Positions 1 to 9,890 of a stretch of 64,000 bases of DNA are shown here, one piece after another. Each line of letters begins with the position of its first letter. Position 1 is the first letter of the stretch. The notes below the pieces were generated by a model. It was not told the origin of the DNA. It worked only from the letters and a program-made list of their open reading frames with translations, and ran no database searches. A program made the position numbers and the translations under genes. The stretch is from an uncultured Gemmatimonadales bacterium (lineage in GTDB: Bacteria; Gemmatimonadota; Gemmatimonadetes; Gemmatimonadales; Gemmatimonadaceae), in assembly GCA_963701965.1 (NCBI GenBank), contig OY969695.1:512001-576000 (forward strand). Direction: 5' to 3'.

Positions 1-470
1 GGTCCAACGGCGGCTCGCCGCTGGCGACCGTCGATCAAAACGGCCACGTCACCGCGACGGGATCGGGCGCCGGAGCGGCGACTATTACCGCGGCCGCCAC
101 AGGCGGCGCCTCCGGATCCTCCGCGGTCACCATCATCGGTCACGTCCGCACCGTCACCCCGCAGGCGGGTACCACGACCCTGGGCGGCGACGCCACCAGC
201 ACCTCGGCGACCGCCCAACTCCTCGACTCATTCGGCACCGACGTCTCGGCCACGCGGGCCGTGACCTGGACGACGTCCGACAAGAACACCGTGACCATCA
301 ACAACAGCGGGCAGCCCGTCGTCGCCAACCCCGCGACGACACCGGTCACCCTAACCCTCGTGTCGTCGATGGGCCCAATGGGGCCGGACAAGCAGCCCAA
401 GACCGTGACGATCACGGCGACGAGCAGCGACGGCGCGAAGGGATCGATCGCGATCACTGTCAGTCCTTGA
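1..470 (+). CDS. Ig-like (Big_2-type) repeat surface protein, C-terminal part (truncated by window start)
   Basis: Frame 3 is open from position 3 to TGA at 468-470: LATVDQNGHVTATGSG..ATITA..VTWTTSDKNTVTINNSG..VTITATSSDGAKGSIAITV, typical of bacterial Ig-like group 2 repeats. Confidence 0.7.
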   Translation, partial: SNGGSPLATVDQNGHVTATGSGAGAATITAAATGGASGSSAVTIIGHVRTVTPQAGTTTLGGDATSTSATAQLLDSFGTDVSATRAVTWTTSDKNTVTINNSGQPVVANPATTPVTLTLVSSMGPMGPDKQPKTVTITATSSDGAKGSIAITVSP

Positions 471-508
471 GCCTTGCTAGTTTTCTAGCATACCGCCATA
501 TCGCTCGC

Positions 509-797
509 ATGTCACGTCGTTACGCCGCCGCCGCCGCGGGCATCCTGGCGTTGCGCTCGCCATCGGGCGATTTCGCGCGGCGCCCATGGCGTCGGTGTTG
601 GGACTCATCTTCACGGTGATGTTCGTGATGGTCGTCTCGCCAGCACGTTCTTCGGGCAGACGTGGCTCGACGGGCTCAACGGCAGCGCGTACTATCCGGT
701 GGTCCTGATCGTAAACGCAATGCTGTTCGCGTGGTTCGTTCTCCAGGCACGAGGAGCCCTATGCGAAGTGCGGTCGGCCTCTCGACCGTCGCCCTGA
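509..797 (+). pseudogene. Possible small membrane protein split over three frames (degraded gene or base-call errors)
   Basis: ATG at 509 gives MSRRYAAAAAGILA; the next frame gives MASVLGLIFTVMFVMVV; the third gives LASTFFGQTWLDGLNGSAYYPVVLIVNAMLFAWFVLQA, ending at TGA 795-797. The hydrophobic segments look coding, but no single frame is open. Confidence 0.3.
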
Positions 798-2227
798 CGG
801 TCGTCTCCTTCTCGGCGTGCGCGCCAACCAAAGACCCTGCCCCTGCATCCGCGCCGAAGAGCGCGGCAACGGGTTACGCCATCGTCGGGAGCGTCCCCGC
901 CCCACCGGCCCTCAATACCGCGCGGATCGACAGCATGATCCGGAAGACGGTGAGCGACAAGCATCTCGTCGGCCTGTCGGTCAGCATCGCACAGGACGGC
1001 AAGATCGCGTTCGCCAAAGGCTACGGTCTCAAAACCCTCGGCGGCCACGACTCGGTGTCCACGGAGACGCAGTTCGCGATCGGCTCCGTGACCAAGCAGT
1101 TCACCTGTTCGGCGGTGCTGCTCCTGGCGCAGGATGGGAAGGTCGCGCTGACCGATCCGGTCGCCAAATACTTCCCCAAACTCACGCACGCCGCCGACAT
1201 CACGCTCCTCGACCTCGGCCAGCACGTCTCCGGGTACCGCGACTTCTACCCGCTCGATTTCGTCGACCGGGAAATGCAGAAGCCGGCGACCGCGGATGCC
1301 ATCATCGACGAGTACGCGACGCGACCGCTCGACTTCGATCCCGGGACCCGCTGGTCCTACAGTAACACCAATTTCCTGATCCTGGGCCGGGTCGTCGAGC
1401 AGGTGAGTGGCCAGCCGTTCGGCGCGTTTCTCACCCAGCGCATCTTCGCGCCGGTCGGCATGTCCCACACCCTGTTCGACCCCGAGCAGCACACCGGCGC
1501 CATGGCGACGGGGTATACCACGTTCGCCCTTGGGCCCCCGTATCCGGCCGAGCCGGAAGGACGCGGCTGGGCCGGGAGCGCGGGGGCCATCTGGTCCACG
1601 CCGACCGATCTCGCGACGTGGGATCTGGCGCTCATCGGCGGCAAGGTGCTCTCCGCGGACTCGTATCGCATGTTGACGACGCCACGCCATCTGAGCGATG
1701 GCCGGTCGACCGCCTATGGGTGCGGGGACGGCGTCCGGGAAGTCGGGCCCGCCGTGGTGTTCTCGCATGGCGGCGCCGTGGCTGGATTCGTCGCCGCGAA
1801 CGTTGTCATCCCGGCCACGCGGTCGGCGATCGTGATGCTGGCGAACACCGACTTTGCGTCGCTCAACAACCTCGCCGAGAACATCGTCGCCACGCTGGTG
1901 CCCCACGTGGACGTCCCCGCCATCACGGGGGCCACGGCCGCCGACGCGGCACGGCGGTTTCTGGTCGCCCTCCGCCAAGGCAACGTCGACCGCTCGACAC
2001 TGGCCGACGACTACAACGCCTTTCTCACTCCTGAGCTGGCAGCGGCCGCCCACGCGTCATTGACCGCGTTGGGCCCCATCACCGCCGTCGAAGTCGTGAG
2101 CACGCGAGAGCGCGGCGGCATGGAGGTCGCCGAGATTCACTTCCGCGCCGGCAGCACGCCGGCCGGGGCCTTCATGTATCGCACGCCGGACGGCAAGATT
2201 CAGGAAGTGCTCTTTCAGCGACAGTGA
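761..2227 (+). CDS. Serine hydrolase, beta-lactamase/AmpC-like family (probable lipoprotein)
   Basis: SxxK motif (IGSVTKQFT), YSN and HGG motifs; SD GAGGAG before ATG 761; lipobox-like FSAC. Confidence 0.85.
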   Translation: MRSAVGLSTVALTVVSFSACAPTKDPAPASAPKSAATGYAIVGSVPAPPALNTARIDSMIRKTVSDKHLVGLSVSIAQDGKIAFAKGYGLKTLGGHDSVSTETQFAIGSVTKQFTCSAVLLLAQDGKVALTDPVAKYFPKLTHAADITLLDLGQHVSGYRDFYPLDFVDREMQKPATADAIIDEYATRPLDFDPGTRWSYSNTNFLILGRVVEQVSGQPFGAFLTQRIFAPVGMSHTLFDPEQHTGAMATGYTTFALGPPYPAEPEGRGWAGSAGAIWSTPTDLATWDLALIGGKVLSADSYRMLTTPRHLSDGRSTAYGCGDGVREVGPAVVFSHGGAVAGFVAANVVIPATRSAIVMLANTDFASLNNLAENIVATLVPHVDVPAITGATAADAARRFLVALRQGNVDRSTLADDYNAFLTPELAAAAHASLTALGPITAVEVVSTRERGGMEVAEIHFRAGSTPAGAFMYRTPDGKIQEVLFQRQ

Positions 2228-2234
2228 GGGCCGA

Positions 2235-3134
2235 TCACGCGACCGCCGACTGCGCGGCCGGGCCGTAACGGCTGCGGTGCCCGCGATCACCCACCAGGTA
2301 GTAGCGCGGAGGCTCGTACAGGGCCTCCGCGCTGAACGGCCCGGCGAACTGATCGTCTACCAAGTCTTGGCGCACAAAGAACGCGTTCGTGCCACTCAGC
2401 TCGCAGGCCACCAGCACGTAGCCGAGCTCCCGGCCCAGGATCTCCAACCGCTTGAGACTCGCGCCGAAATAATTCGAGTCCTCCCACGCGGCGTCGGACC
2501 GGTACTCGACCTCCCATTCGTCGCTGGGGGGAATCGACGCATTGTACTCGATGACCACAATGCGAGGCGCGAACGTCCGGAGGGCGCGCCAGACGTGCGA
2601 CGTGTTGAGGTCAATGTCCAGCGACAACAAGTCGAACGCGGACGGGACGTGGTGCTGCTGCAGGAGCGGCGCCACGTTCTCCGCCGTCAGCCGGGCCTCG
2701 ACGACGCGGAGGCGCTGCGCCGCGATCTCCTTGGGGACGACCTGCCCAATGCGCCGCAGGTTACCGGGGTCGGCCTCGAACCAGTGACCCGACCACCCCA
2801 GCGACAGGCGATACAGCGTGTTGTTCTCACGCCCGCTCCCGGCTCCCATCTCGACGAAGTGCCGGTTCGTCTCCCCGACGCGCCGGAGGATCTCGGAGAT
2901 GATCCCATCCTCGCCGTGTTGGGCGTACACTTGGGCCTCGAAATGGCACAGGTGTCGCGGGTCGCGATACCGGGGACTGGAGAGGACATTTGTGATCAGC
3001 AGCGCATTCTGCACGCGGTCAATGCGCGCCCGGAGATCGCGTCGCAGCTTACCGACGCGACGGTGCGTATCGACGGCGTAACCCAGGGCCACCGCGATCA
3101 GCAACACGACGCAAACCGAGATCAGAATCAGCAT
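2235..3134 (-). CDS. FkbM-like/SAM-dependent methyltransferase-fold protein with N-terminal membrane anchor
   Basis: YAQHGEDGII, FVEMGAGSG, DLLSLDID, VVIEYN, GASL and GTNAFFV motifs; hydrophobic N-terminus. Confidence 0.6.
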   Translation of the reverse strand: MLILISVCVVLLIAVALGYAVDTHRRVGKLRRDLRARIDRVQNALLITNVLSSPRYRDPRHLCHFEAQVYAQHGEDGIISEILRRVGETNRHFVEMGAGSGRENNTLYRLSLGWSGHWFEADPGNLRRIGQVVPKEIAAQRLRVVEARLTAENVAPLLQQHHVPSAFDLLSLDIDLNTSHVWRALRTFAPRIVVIEYNASIPPSDEWEVEYRSDAAWEDSNYFGASLKRLEILGRELGYVLVACELSGTNAFFVRQDLVDDQFAGPFSAEALYEPPRYYLVGDRGHRSRYGPAAQSAVA

Positions 3135-3192
3135 AGTCTTGGATGCTAGCGACCCCGCGCACTTTCATTAATACCAAGATACGCCTTTCGAC

Positions 3193-3648
3193 TCAGACCA
3201 TTTCCCGGCGCGCCGCGAAGAAATCCACCAGCAGCGCCGAGCACGCCGACTCCGAGACGCCGCTGGCGACTTCCGGCCGGTGGTTGAGACGCGGGTGGCG
3301 CAGGATGTCCCCGAGAGACCCACCCATGCCCGCCTTGTCATCCCAGGCACCAAAGACCACCCGGTCCAAGCGGGCCAAAACGATGGCGCCCGCGCACATG
3401 GCGCACGGCTCCAGCGTCACGTAGAGCGTCGCGCCGCCGAGCAGCGGACGCCCCAGCGCCGTGCACGCCGCGCGAATGGCCACGATCTCGGCGTGCGCGG
3501 TCGCATCGACGTCCCGGCGCGTCCGGTTGGCGGCGCGGGCAATGATCGCCCCGTCGTGCACGACGACGGCGCCGACGGGAACATCCCCCGCCGACGCCGC
3601 CTCGACCGCCTGCTCGATCGCCGCCGCCATATAGGCGATGTCGCTCAC
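3193..3648 (-). CDS. tadA: tRNA-specific adenosine deaminase
   Basis: [27 protein letters not shown] and LNH motifs. Confidence 0.9.
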   Translation of the reverse strand: MSDIAYMAAAIEQAVEAASAGDVPVGAVVVHDGAIIARAANRTRRDVDATAHAEIVAIRAACTALGRPLLGGATLYVTLEPCAMCAGAIVLARLDRVVFGAWDDKAGMGGSLGDILRHPRLNHRPEVASGVSESACSALLVDFFAARREMV

Positions 3649-6270
3649 ACGCTCGCCCCAATGGGCGCCGGCTCCGCCAATGACGCCACGGCAAACCGCA
3701 GCGTCCCATCGTCCCCGGCCGTGACGGCGATCGTGTCGCCCTCCTTGAATCGGCCGTCGAGCACCCCCAACGCCAGCGGATTCTGCACCAGCCGCTGCAA
3801 CGCCCGCTTGAGCGGGCGCGCGCCATAGGCCGGGTCGTAGCCATCCGCGGCGATGACCCGCTTCGCTTCCGGGGTCAGATCCAACGTGAGCCGCCGGTCG
3901 GCCAAGAGTTTCTCCAGCCGCCCAACCTGGATATCGATGATGCGGCTGATGTCGTCAGCCGACAACGGCCGGAACACGATCACATCGTCGACCCGATTCA
4001 GGAACTCCGGACGGAAATGCTGCCGCAGCGCCCCCAGCACCTGCGCCTCGGTGACCTCCCAGTCCGCCGTCCCCCGGTCGAGGATGTACTGACTCCCGAT
4101 GTTCGACGTCATGATGATCACCGCGTTGCGGAAATCCACGGTCCGGCCTTGCGAGTCCGTGAGGCGCCCGTCGTCCAGGATCTGGAGCAAGATGTTGAAC
4201 ACATCCGGGTGCGCCTTCTCGATCTCGTCGAACAGGATCACCGAATACGGGCGACGGCGCACCGCCTCCGTCAGCTGCCCGCCTTCCTCGAACCCGACGT
4301 AGCCCGGCGGCGCGCCAATGAGGCGGGCGACCGCATGCTTCTCCATGTACTCCGACATGTCGATCCGGACCATGGCCGTCTCATCGTCGAACAAGAACTC
4401 CGCCAACGCCCGCGCCGTCTCCGTCTTCCCCACGCCCGTGGGGCCCAGGAAGATGAACGAGCCAATCGGCCGGTTCGGGTCCTGGAGTCCCGCGCGCGAG
4501 CGCCGAACGGCGTTGGCGACGGCGGTCACCGCTTCCCGTTGGCCGATGACGCGCGCGGCCAACTCCGCTTCGAGCTTGGTCAGTCGCTCCTTCTCGCTTT
4601 CCAGCATGCGGGCGACGGGAATCCCCGTCCACTTCGCGACCACATCGGCGATGTCGTCGGCTGTCACCTCCTCGTGGAGGAACCGCACCCCGCCCTCCTG
4701 CCGGCTGGCGAGCTGCCGCTCCGCGTCCCGCATCTCGGCGCTCCAGCTCCGGGATCTTCCCATAGGTGATCTCGGCGGCGCGCCCCAGATCGCCGGCCCG
4801 TGTGGCCTGGTCGGCCTGCCCCCGCGCCTCGTCGATCTGTTGCTTGAGTTTGCCCACGGCGCCGAGCGTGTCCTTTTCGCGCTGCCACTGGGCTTTCATC
4901 ACGGAGGAGCGTTCCCGCAAGTCGCCCAGCTCCCGCTCCAGCGCCTCGCGCCGCGCCTTCGACTCCGCGTCCTTCTCCTTCCGCAGCGCTTCCCGCTCGA
5001 TCTCCAGCTGCATGATGCGGCGCTCGACCTCGTCGATCTCCTGCGGCATCGAGTCGATTTCGATTCTGAGGCGGGACGAGGCTTCATCGAGCAAATCGAT
5101 GGCCTTGTCCGGCAGGAACCGGTCGCCGATGTAGCGGTTGGAGAGCGTCGCCGCCGCCACGACGGCGCCGTCCGTGATGCGCACGCCATGGTGCGCCTCG
5201 TACCGCGCCTTGAGTCCGCGCAGGATGGCGATCGTGTTCTCGACCGTCGGCTCCCCGACGTAGACCGGCTGGAATCGCCGCTCCAGCGCCGCGTCCTTCT
5301 CGACGTACTTGCGGTACTCATCGAGCGTCGTGGCGCCGATGACCCGAAGCTCGCCGCGCGCCAGCATGGGCTTGAGCATGTTGCCCGCGTCCATCGACCC
5401 CTCGGCCTTCCCGGCGCCGACGATGGTGTGCAACTCGTCGATGAACATGATGAACAGGCCCTGCCCGTCCGTGATCTCCTTGAGCACAGCCTTGAGGCGT
5501 TCCTCGAACTCTCCCCGGAACTTGGCGCCCGCGATCAGGGCACCCATGTCCAGCGCCAAGAGACGCCGGTTCCGGAGCCCTTCGGGGACATCGCCATTCA
5601 CGATGCGCTGCGCCAGGCCCTCGGCGATCGCCGTCTTGCCGACCCCCGGCTCGCCGATGAGCACCGGGTTGTTCTTGGTGCGGCGCGACAGCACCTGCAC
5701 CACGCGCCGAATCTCCTCGTCGCGGCCGATCACCGGATCCAGCTTGCCCCGCCGCGCGGCCTCGGTGAGATCGCGGGTATAGCGCTGCAACGCCTGATAT
5801 TGGTTCTCGGGCGTCTGGTCGGTGACGCGGTGGGAACCCCGCACCGCCTGCAGCGCCTCGAGGAGCGCGCGCTTGTCGACGCCCATGCTCTTGAGCATCT
5901 CATGGCTCTCGGTCCCGCGGGTGTCCGCCAGGCCCAGCAGCATGTGCTCGGTCGACACGAATTCATCGCCAAGCGCCTTGGCCTCGGACTCGGCGCGATC
6001 GAGCACCATGTTCAGCTCGCGCGACAGCGAGGGCTGCGCGTTGCTCTGCCGGGGAAAGCGCGCCATCTCGCGCTGCACGCGCTCGCGCAGCGCTTCGACG
6101 CCCACGCCGAGCTTGTGCAGCAGCGGCGTCACGATGCCCTCGTCCTGGTCGAGCAGCGCGTTCAGCAGATGGGTATCGTACACGAGCGGATTCCCCGCCC
6201 GCCGCGCTTCATCGATCGCGGTGTTGAGCGCTTCGGCGCTCTTGACCGTGAGTTTGTCAGGGTTGATCAT
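3645..6270 (-). CDS. clpB: ATP-dependent disaggregase ClpB (one apparent +1 frameshift near 4737)
   Basis: Starts [42 protein letters not shown], middle coiled coil, then GPTGVGKTE and [13 protein letters not shown] in a second frame. Removing one base joins YGKIPELER to EMRDAE. Confidence 0.93.
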
Positions 6271-6334
6271 GCTCTCACCAATGCGCAATCCAGAGGCCCG
6301 CACCCCTACGCGGAAACGGCACCTTTCGCACCAC

Positions 6335-6676
6335 GTGATATGCCGCATTGGCGCCGTGCTCGCCATGCTGGCGTGCCGACACCCTCCCGCCGACGGCGTC
6401 AGCGACTCGACCTTTGTGCAGATGATGACGAGTCTCCGGCTCGTCGCCTCCGATACCGGGCTCGACAGCGCGAAACGTGTGTTGGCGCGGGACTCCGTGC
6501 TGCGGCGCTATCGGGTCACGGCCGTGCAGTTGGAGAGCGCCGCCAGCCGGCTGGCCGAGCGACCCGATCACGCCGCGCAGTTGCTGCACGCCATAGATAA
6601 CAAAGTGGCCGTCGCGCAGAATCGCGCACGGCCACCAGTGCCTGTGGTCAAGCCGCCGGCGAAGCCGGCTACTTGA
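6335..6676 (+). CDS. Small hypothetical lipoprotein (start uncertain: 6281 or 6335)
   Basis: Hydrophobic stretch and lipobox MLAC, then a helical domain ([23 protein letters not shown]) and a Pro-rich tail; fills the gap between clpB and the next gene. Confidence 0.55.
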   Translation: MICRIGAVLAMLACRHPPADGVSDSTFVQMMTSLRLVASDTGLDSAKRVLARDSVLRRYRVTAVQLESAASRLAERPDHAAQLLHAIDNKVAVAQNRARPPVPVVKPPAKPAT

Positions 6677-7130
6677 CGACGATCATCTTGCGGACGTCCT
6701 TCTGGCCGTCCACTTCCAACTGATACAGATACAACCCCGACGCGACCGGATGCTTGTCGGCCAACGACGCGCCATTCCAGTACGCGGTATACCTGCCACA
6801 GGTGAGTTGTACCTCTTCGAGCGGCTGCCCGCCGGCCAGCGTGATGGTGCCATTTTGGAGCACCGGGACCGCGACCAACTGGGCCAACAAGTTGTATATC
6901 CGGAGACTGACCTTGTACTGCCGCGCCGGTTCCGCACACGTCGAGTCACCGACCGTGAACGGGATCCGTGTCTCCGAAACGAAGGGGTTTGGGTAGTTCG
7001 GCCCCAGAAATAACCCAGTACCGCGCTTCCCCGGCGCCGCGGGCGGACCTGCCCCCTGCGCCGAGCTTTGCCGCGGTACCAACGCACCGAGAGCAAGCAC
7101 GAATATCAGTGCCGCCCAACGGTTGACCAT
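6669..7130 (-). CDS. Secreted protein made of a single FlgD-Ig / T9SS C-terminal-sorting-like domain
   Basis: Signal peptide (..QSSA-Q), NYPNPF, VSLRIYNLLAQLVA, WNG and ASGLYLYQLE..KMIVVK; SD GGAG. Confidence 0.75.
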   Translation of the reverse strand: MVNRWAALIFVLALGALVPRQSSAQGAGPPAAPGKRGTGLFLGPNYPNPFVSETRIPFTVGDSTCAEPARQYKVSLRIYNLLAQLVAVPVLQNGTITLAGGQPLEEVQLTCGRYTAYWNGASLADKHPVASGLYLYQLEVDGQKDVRKMIVVK

Positions 7131-7217
7131 GTTGACGCTCCGACTGACGAAGAAAAGCTGCCCGAAGACTCCTGGATACGTTAGAGCAATGGTGGAGTGC
7201 TGCCTTGTGTAAAAGCT

Positions 7218-7247
7218 ACGATAGAACTCCACCCATGGGACTGTCAA
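7218..7247 (-). promoter_or_regulatory. Sigma70-type promoter for the 7130 gene
   Basis: Minus strand TTGACA (7247-7242), 18-nt spacer, TATCGT (7223-7218), within an AT-rich intergenic region. Confidence 0.55.
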
Positions 7248-7275
7248 GCACGATAAACAGACGTTGACACGTAAT

Positions 7276-9120
7276 TTACGCCGGTTGCACGATGCGACCC
7301 GATTCGCGCCGCACGGTCACCATCTGGCGATCACAATATTCCAACAAGGGAATCAAATACTTCCGCGAAACGCGCAACACGTCCCGTAATTCTGACGGCC
7401 CATAGGCCCGTCCGGTCTCAGTGCCCCGACGGAGATCGGCCACCACGGCCTCGAGAGCCGACACCGCATAATATCGGTCCGGCTCAACTTGAACGACGAT
7501 TCCACGACGGTCGAGATAGCGTAGCACGAGCCCCACCTCCTGACCGAGCGTCGCCGCCAATTCGCTCACGCTCGGCGGCTCCCGACCCGACTCATGCAGG
7601 ACCCGGTCCACCGCCGCAATGGTCGACTGCTGCGCCGCCGATGGGGTCGGCGACCACCCCCTCCGGTACACCAATCCCCGCTCCACGACCACGTCACCAT
7701 GCTCCACCAGCTGGCGAACCGCCGCATCCGCCACCGCTACGGGCAGCCCAACCGCACTGCGCAATGACTGTAATGACAACCCATCCTCGAGCGGCTCCCG
7801 CTTGTGGAAATCGTTCACGTCCGCCTTGATGCGGTCGGCCGCATCGCGAATCAACATTATATCAAACAGCCTATCACCAATACAGACAACAGTATCGCTA
7901 GCCTGATGGAATGTTGATTGGATATCACGATTCGTGATACCCAGACGCACGGGCAGGCTCGTCGCGGCCACGCCCGCACCGCCCGCGTCCCCCACCAAGA
8001 GCGCGAGCCGCTCGCGGATACTCAATCCCGCACGCGACCACACCCGAACCCGACGGCCCGACGGAGCGGGATCCGTGATGGTACCGCCACCAAGAGTGGA
8101 CACTGGAGAGACGGTTCGGAGGACAAAGCGATCCCCCGCCCTCCCTACCACCGGATCGTCCAACACTACCCGGACCGGACGAGGATCCTCGCCGATCTCG
8201 AGCGGACCACCCGCCGACACGACCCGCGCGCCCACGTCGCGCGTGCCGAGATGAAATCGCACGCGCGTCCGGGGACCGAGCGGCGGCCCGCCGCGCCGCA
8301 CGACGTCGGCACGCAGGACGCGGGTCTCGACCCACCCCGCATCGTCCACCAGCGTCGAACCGCGCGGCACATCCGCGACCTCGACCCCACTGAGACCGAT
8401 CGCGGCGCGCATACCCGACGTCACCCGGTCCACCGGCCGGCCGTGCGACTCGAGGCCGCGAACTCGCGCTTCGCGGTCACCCGGGAAAATGCGCACGACG
8501 GCGTCACGCTCCAGCGTCCCGCTCCACACCGTTCCGGTCACGACGGTGCCGGTGCCGCGGATGGTGAAGGCGCGGTCGACCGGCAGCCGAAAGAGATCGG
8601 CGCCATCCCGGGGCAGCGCCGCGCGCGCCGCATCGGCCAGCGCCACGCGCAGGTCGGCGAGACCGGCGCCGCTCGACGCCGACGTCGCGACAATGGGCGC
8701 GGCAGCCAATGGCGTCCCCTGGAGCATGACACGCACATCGTCCTCGACCAGCGCCAACCACTCCGCGTCGACGAGATCCATCTTGGTCAGGGCAATGGCC
8801 CCCCATTGGATCCCCAGCAGCTCCAGAATGGCCAGATGCTCGCGGGTCTGCGGCATCGGCCCCTCGTCGGCCGCGACCACCAGGAGCGCCAGGTCGATGC
8901 CGCTGGCGCCCGCCAACATCGTGCGCACGAAGGCCTCGTGGCCCGGTACATCGACGACGCCGACCGTGCCGACGCCGTCCAGCACCAAGGGCGCGAACCC
9001 GAGCTCGATCGTGATCCCGCGCCGCCGTTCCTCCGGCAGACGGTCGGTGTCGACTCCGGTCAGGGCTTTCACCAGGGCGGTCTTCCCGTGATCGATATGA
9101 CCCGCGGTGCCGACGATCAT
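7276..9120 (-). CDS. selB: Selenocysteine-specific elongation factor
   Basis: MIVGTAGHIDHGKT, DRLPEERRRGITIELGF, DVPGHE, GTGTVVTGT and C-terminal winged helix VSRKYLIPLLEYCD. Confidence 0.95.
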   Translation of the reverse strand: MIVGTAGHIDHGKTALVKALTGVDTDRLPEERRRGITIELGFAPLVLDGVGTVGVVDVPGHEAFVRTMLAGASGIDLALLVVAADEGPMPQTREHLAILELLGIQWGAIALTKMDLVDAEWLALVEDDVRVMLQGTPLAAAPIVATSASSGAGLADLRVALADAARAALPRDGADLFRLPVDRAFTIRGTGTVVTGTVWSGTLERDAVVRIFPGDREARVRGLESHGRPVDRVTSGMRAAIGLSGVEVADVPRGSTLVDDAGWVETRVLRADVVRRGGPPLGPRTRVRFHLGTRDVGARVVSAGGPLEIGEDPRPVRVVLDDPVVGRAGDRFVLRTVSPVSTLGGGTITDPAPSGRRVRVWSRAGLSIRERLALLVGDAGGAGVAATSLPVRLGITNRDIQSTFHQASDTVVCIGDRLFDIMLIRDAADRIKADVNDFHKREPLEDGLSLQSLRSAVGLPVAVADAAVRQLVEHGDVVVERGLVYRRGWSPTPSAAQQSTIAAVDRVLHESGREPPSVSELAATLGQEVGLVLRYLDRRGIVVQVEPDRYYAVSALEAVVADLRRGTETGRAYGPSELRDVLRVSRKYLIPLLEYCDRQMVTVRRESGRIVQPA

Positions 9121-9881
9121 GCGTCCCACCCGCCGTGCTCCCACACGGCGAACGCCTTGAGCTCGCGCCCCTCGGTCAGATGCTCGGCCACGAACTCGCG
9201 GAGCAGTCGCTGGTGGGCCCGGGCGTCCCCGTCCTCCACGCACGCCGTTCTCCGGCCCGCGATCCACTGTCCGAGCGCCGCGCGCGCGCGCGGAGGCAGC
9301 ATGCGCGACACCGTCACCGATCGCTCACAGTTCCCACAAACCACGCCACCCGCTGGGTAGCTGAACGCCGCCGCCACCTCCGGCGGCAGCGACGCGTGGC
9401 ACGCGCTGCAGGACTCCACGACAGGCGCGAACCCCAGCTCGGCGACCAACGCCCAGGCACCGGCCAGGGCAGCCTCGCGCACGGTCTCCCGCGTCGCGCC
9501 GGCGATGCCGTCGATCGCCATGATGAACGTGTCGTAGAGCGACGATCCCTCCGCCGCGTCCTCCCGGACAAACCGGAGGACCAGCTCCGCCAATGCGGTG
9601 GCCCCCGTGAACCGCCCCGGCACGTCGGCGAGCGCGGTGCGCGAGCGGGTCGGGTCGAACGCCGCCAGGAGCTGCAGGTCGCGCCCGGGCTTGAGGTAGA
9701 GTTGGATGGGCCCTTGGGCAAAGAGATCGACGGCGCTGCCGATCTTTCCCCGTGCCCGCCGCGCGCCCTTGGCGAGGACCGACTGCACGCCAAGATCCCG
9801 CGTCAACAGCCGGTAGATGCGCGAGGATTCGAGGTAGTCGAAGGCATGCAGGACAACGGCCTCGGTCGTGACGAGCGCCAT
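9117..9881 (-). CDS. recO: DNA repair protein RecO
   Basis: TEAVVLHAFDYLESSRI, LAKGARR and a CxxC..CxxC zinc finger. Confidence 0.9.
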   Translation of the reverse strand: MALVTTEAVVLHAFDYLESSRIYRLLTRDLGVQSVLAKGARRARGKIGSAVDLFAQGPIQLYLKPGRDLQLLAAFDPTRSRTALADVPGRFTGATALAELVLRFVREDAAEGSSLYDTFIMAIDGIAGATRETVREAALAGAWALVAELGFAPVVESCSACHASLPPEVAAAFSYPAGGVVCGNCERSVTVSRMLPPRARAALGQWIAGRRTACVEDGDARAHQRLLREFVAEHLTEGRELKAFAVWEHGGWDA

Positions 9882-9890
9882 TCCCCAAAG

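Noticed and set aside
6271..6340. CIRCE, CtsR or sigma54 site upstream of clpB
   Set aside because: No convincing match to TTAGCACTC-N9-GAGTGCTAA, and no correctly spaced GG-N10-GC in a sigma54 context.
4318..6600. Long antisense or alternate-frame ORFs (e.g. 4318-6600, 9135-11084, 15559-17370, 18683-20557, 29189-31051, 32654-34447)
   Set aside because: They are shadows of well-identified genes in high-GC DNA, Arg/Ala/Gly-rich with no motifs.
7131..7275. tRNA-Sec (selC) next to selB
   Set aside because: No cloverleaf or T-loop GTTC(G/A)A motif is visible; the region reads as a promoter.
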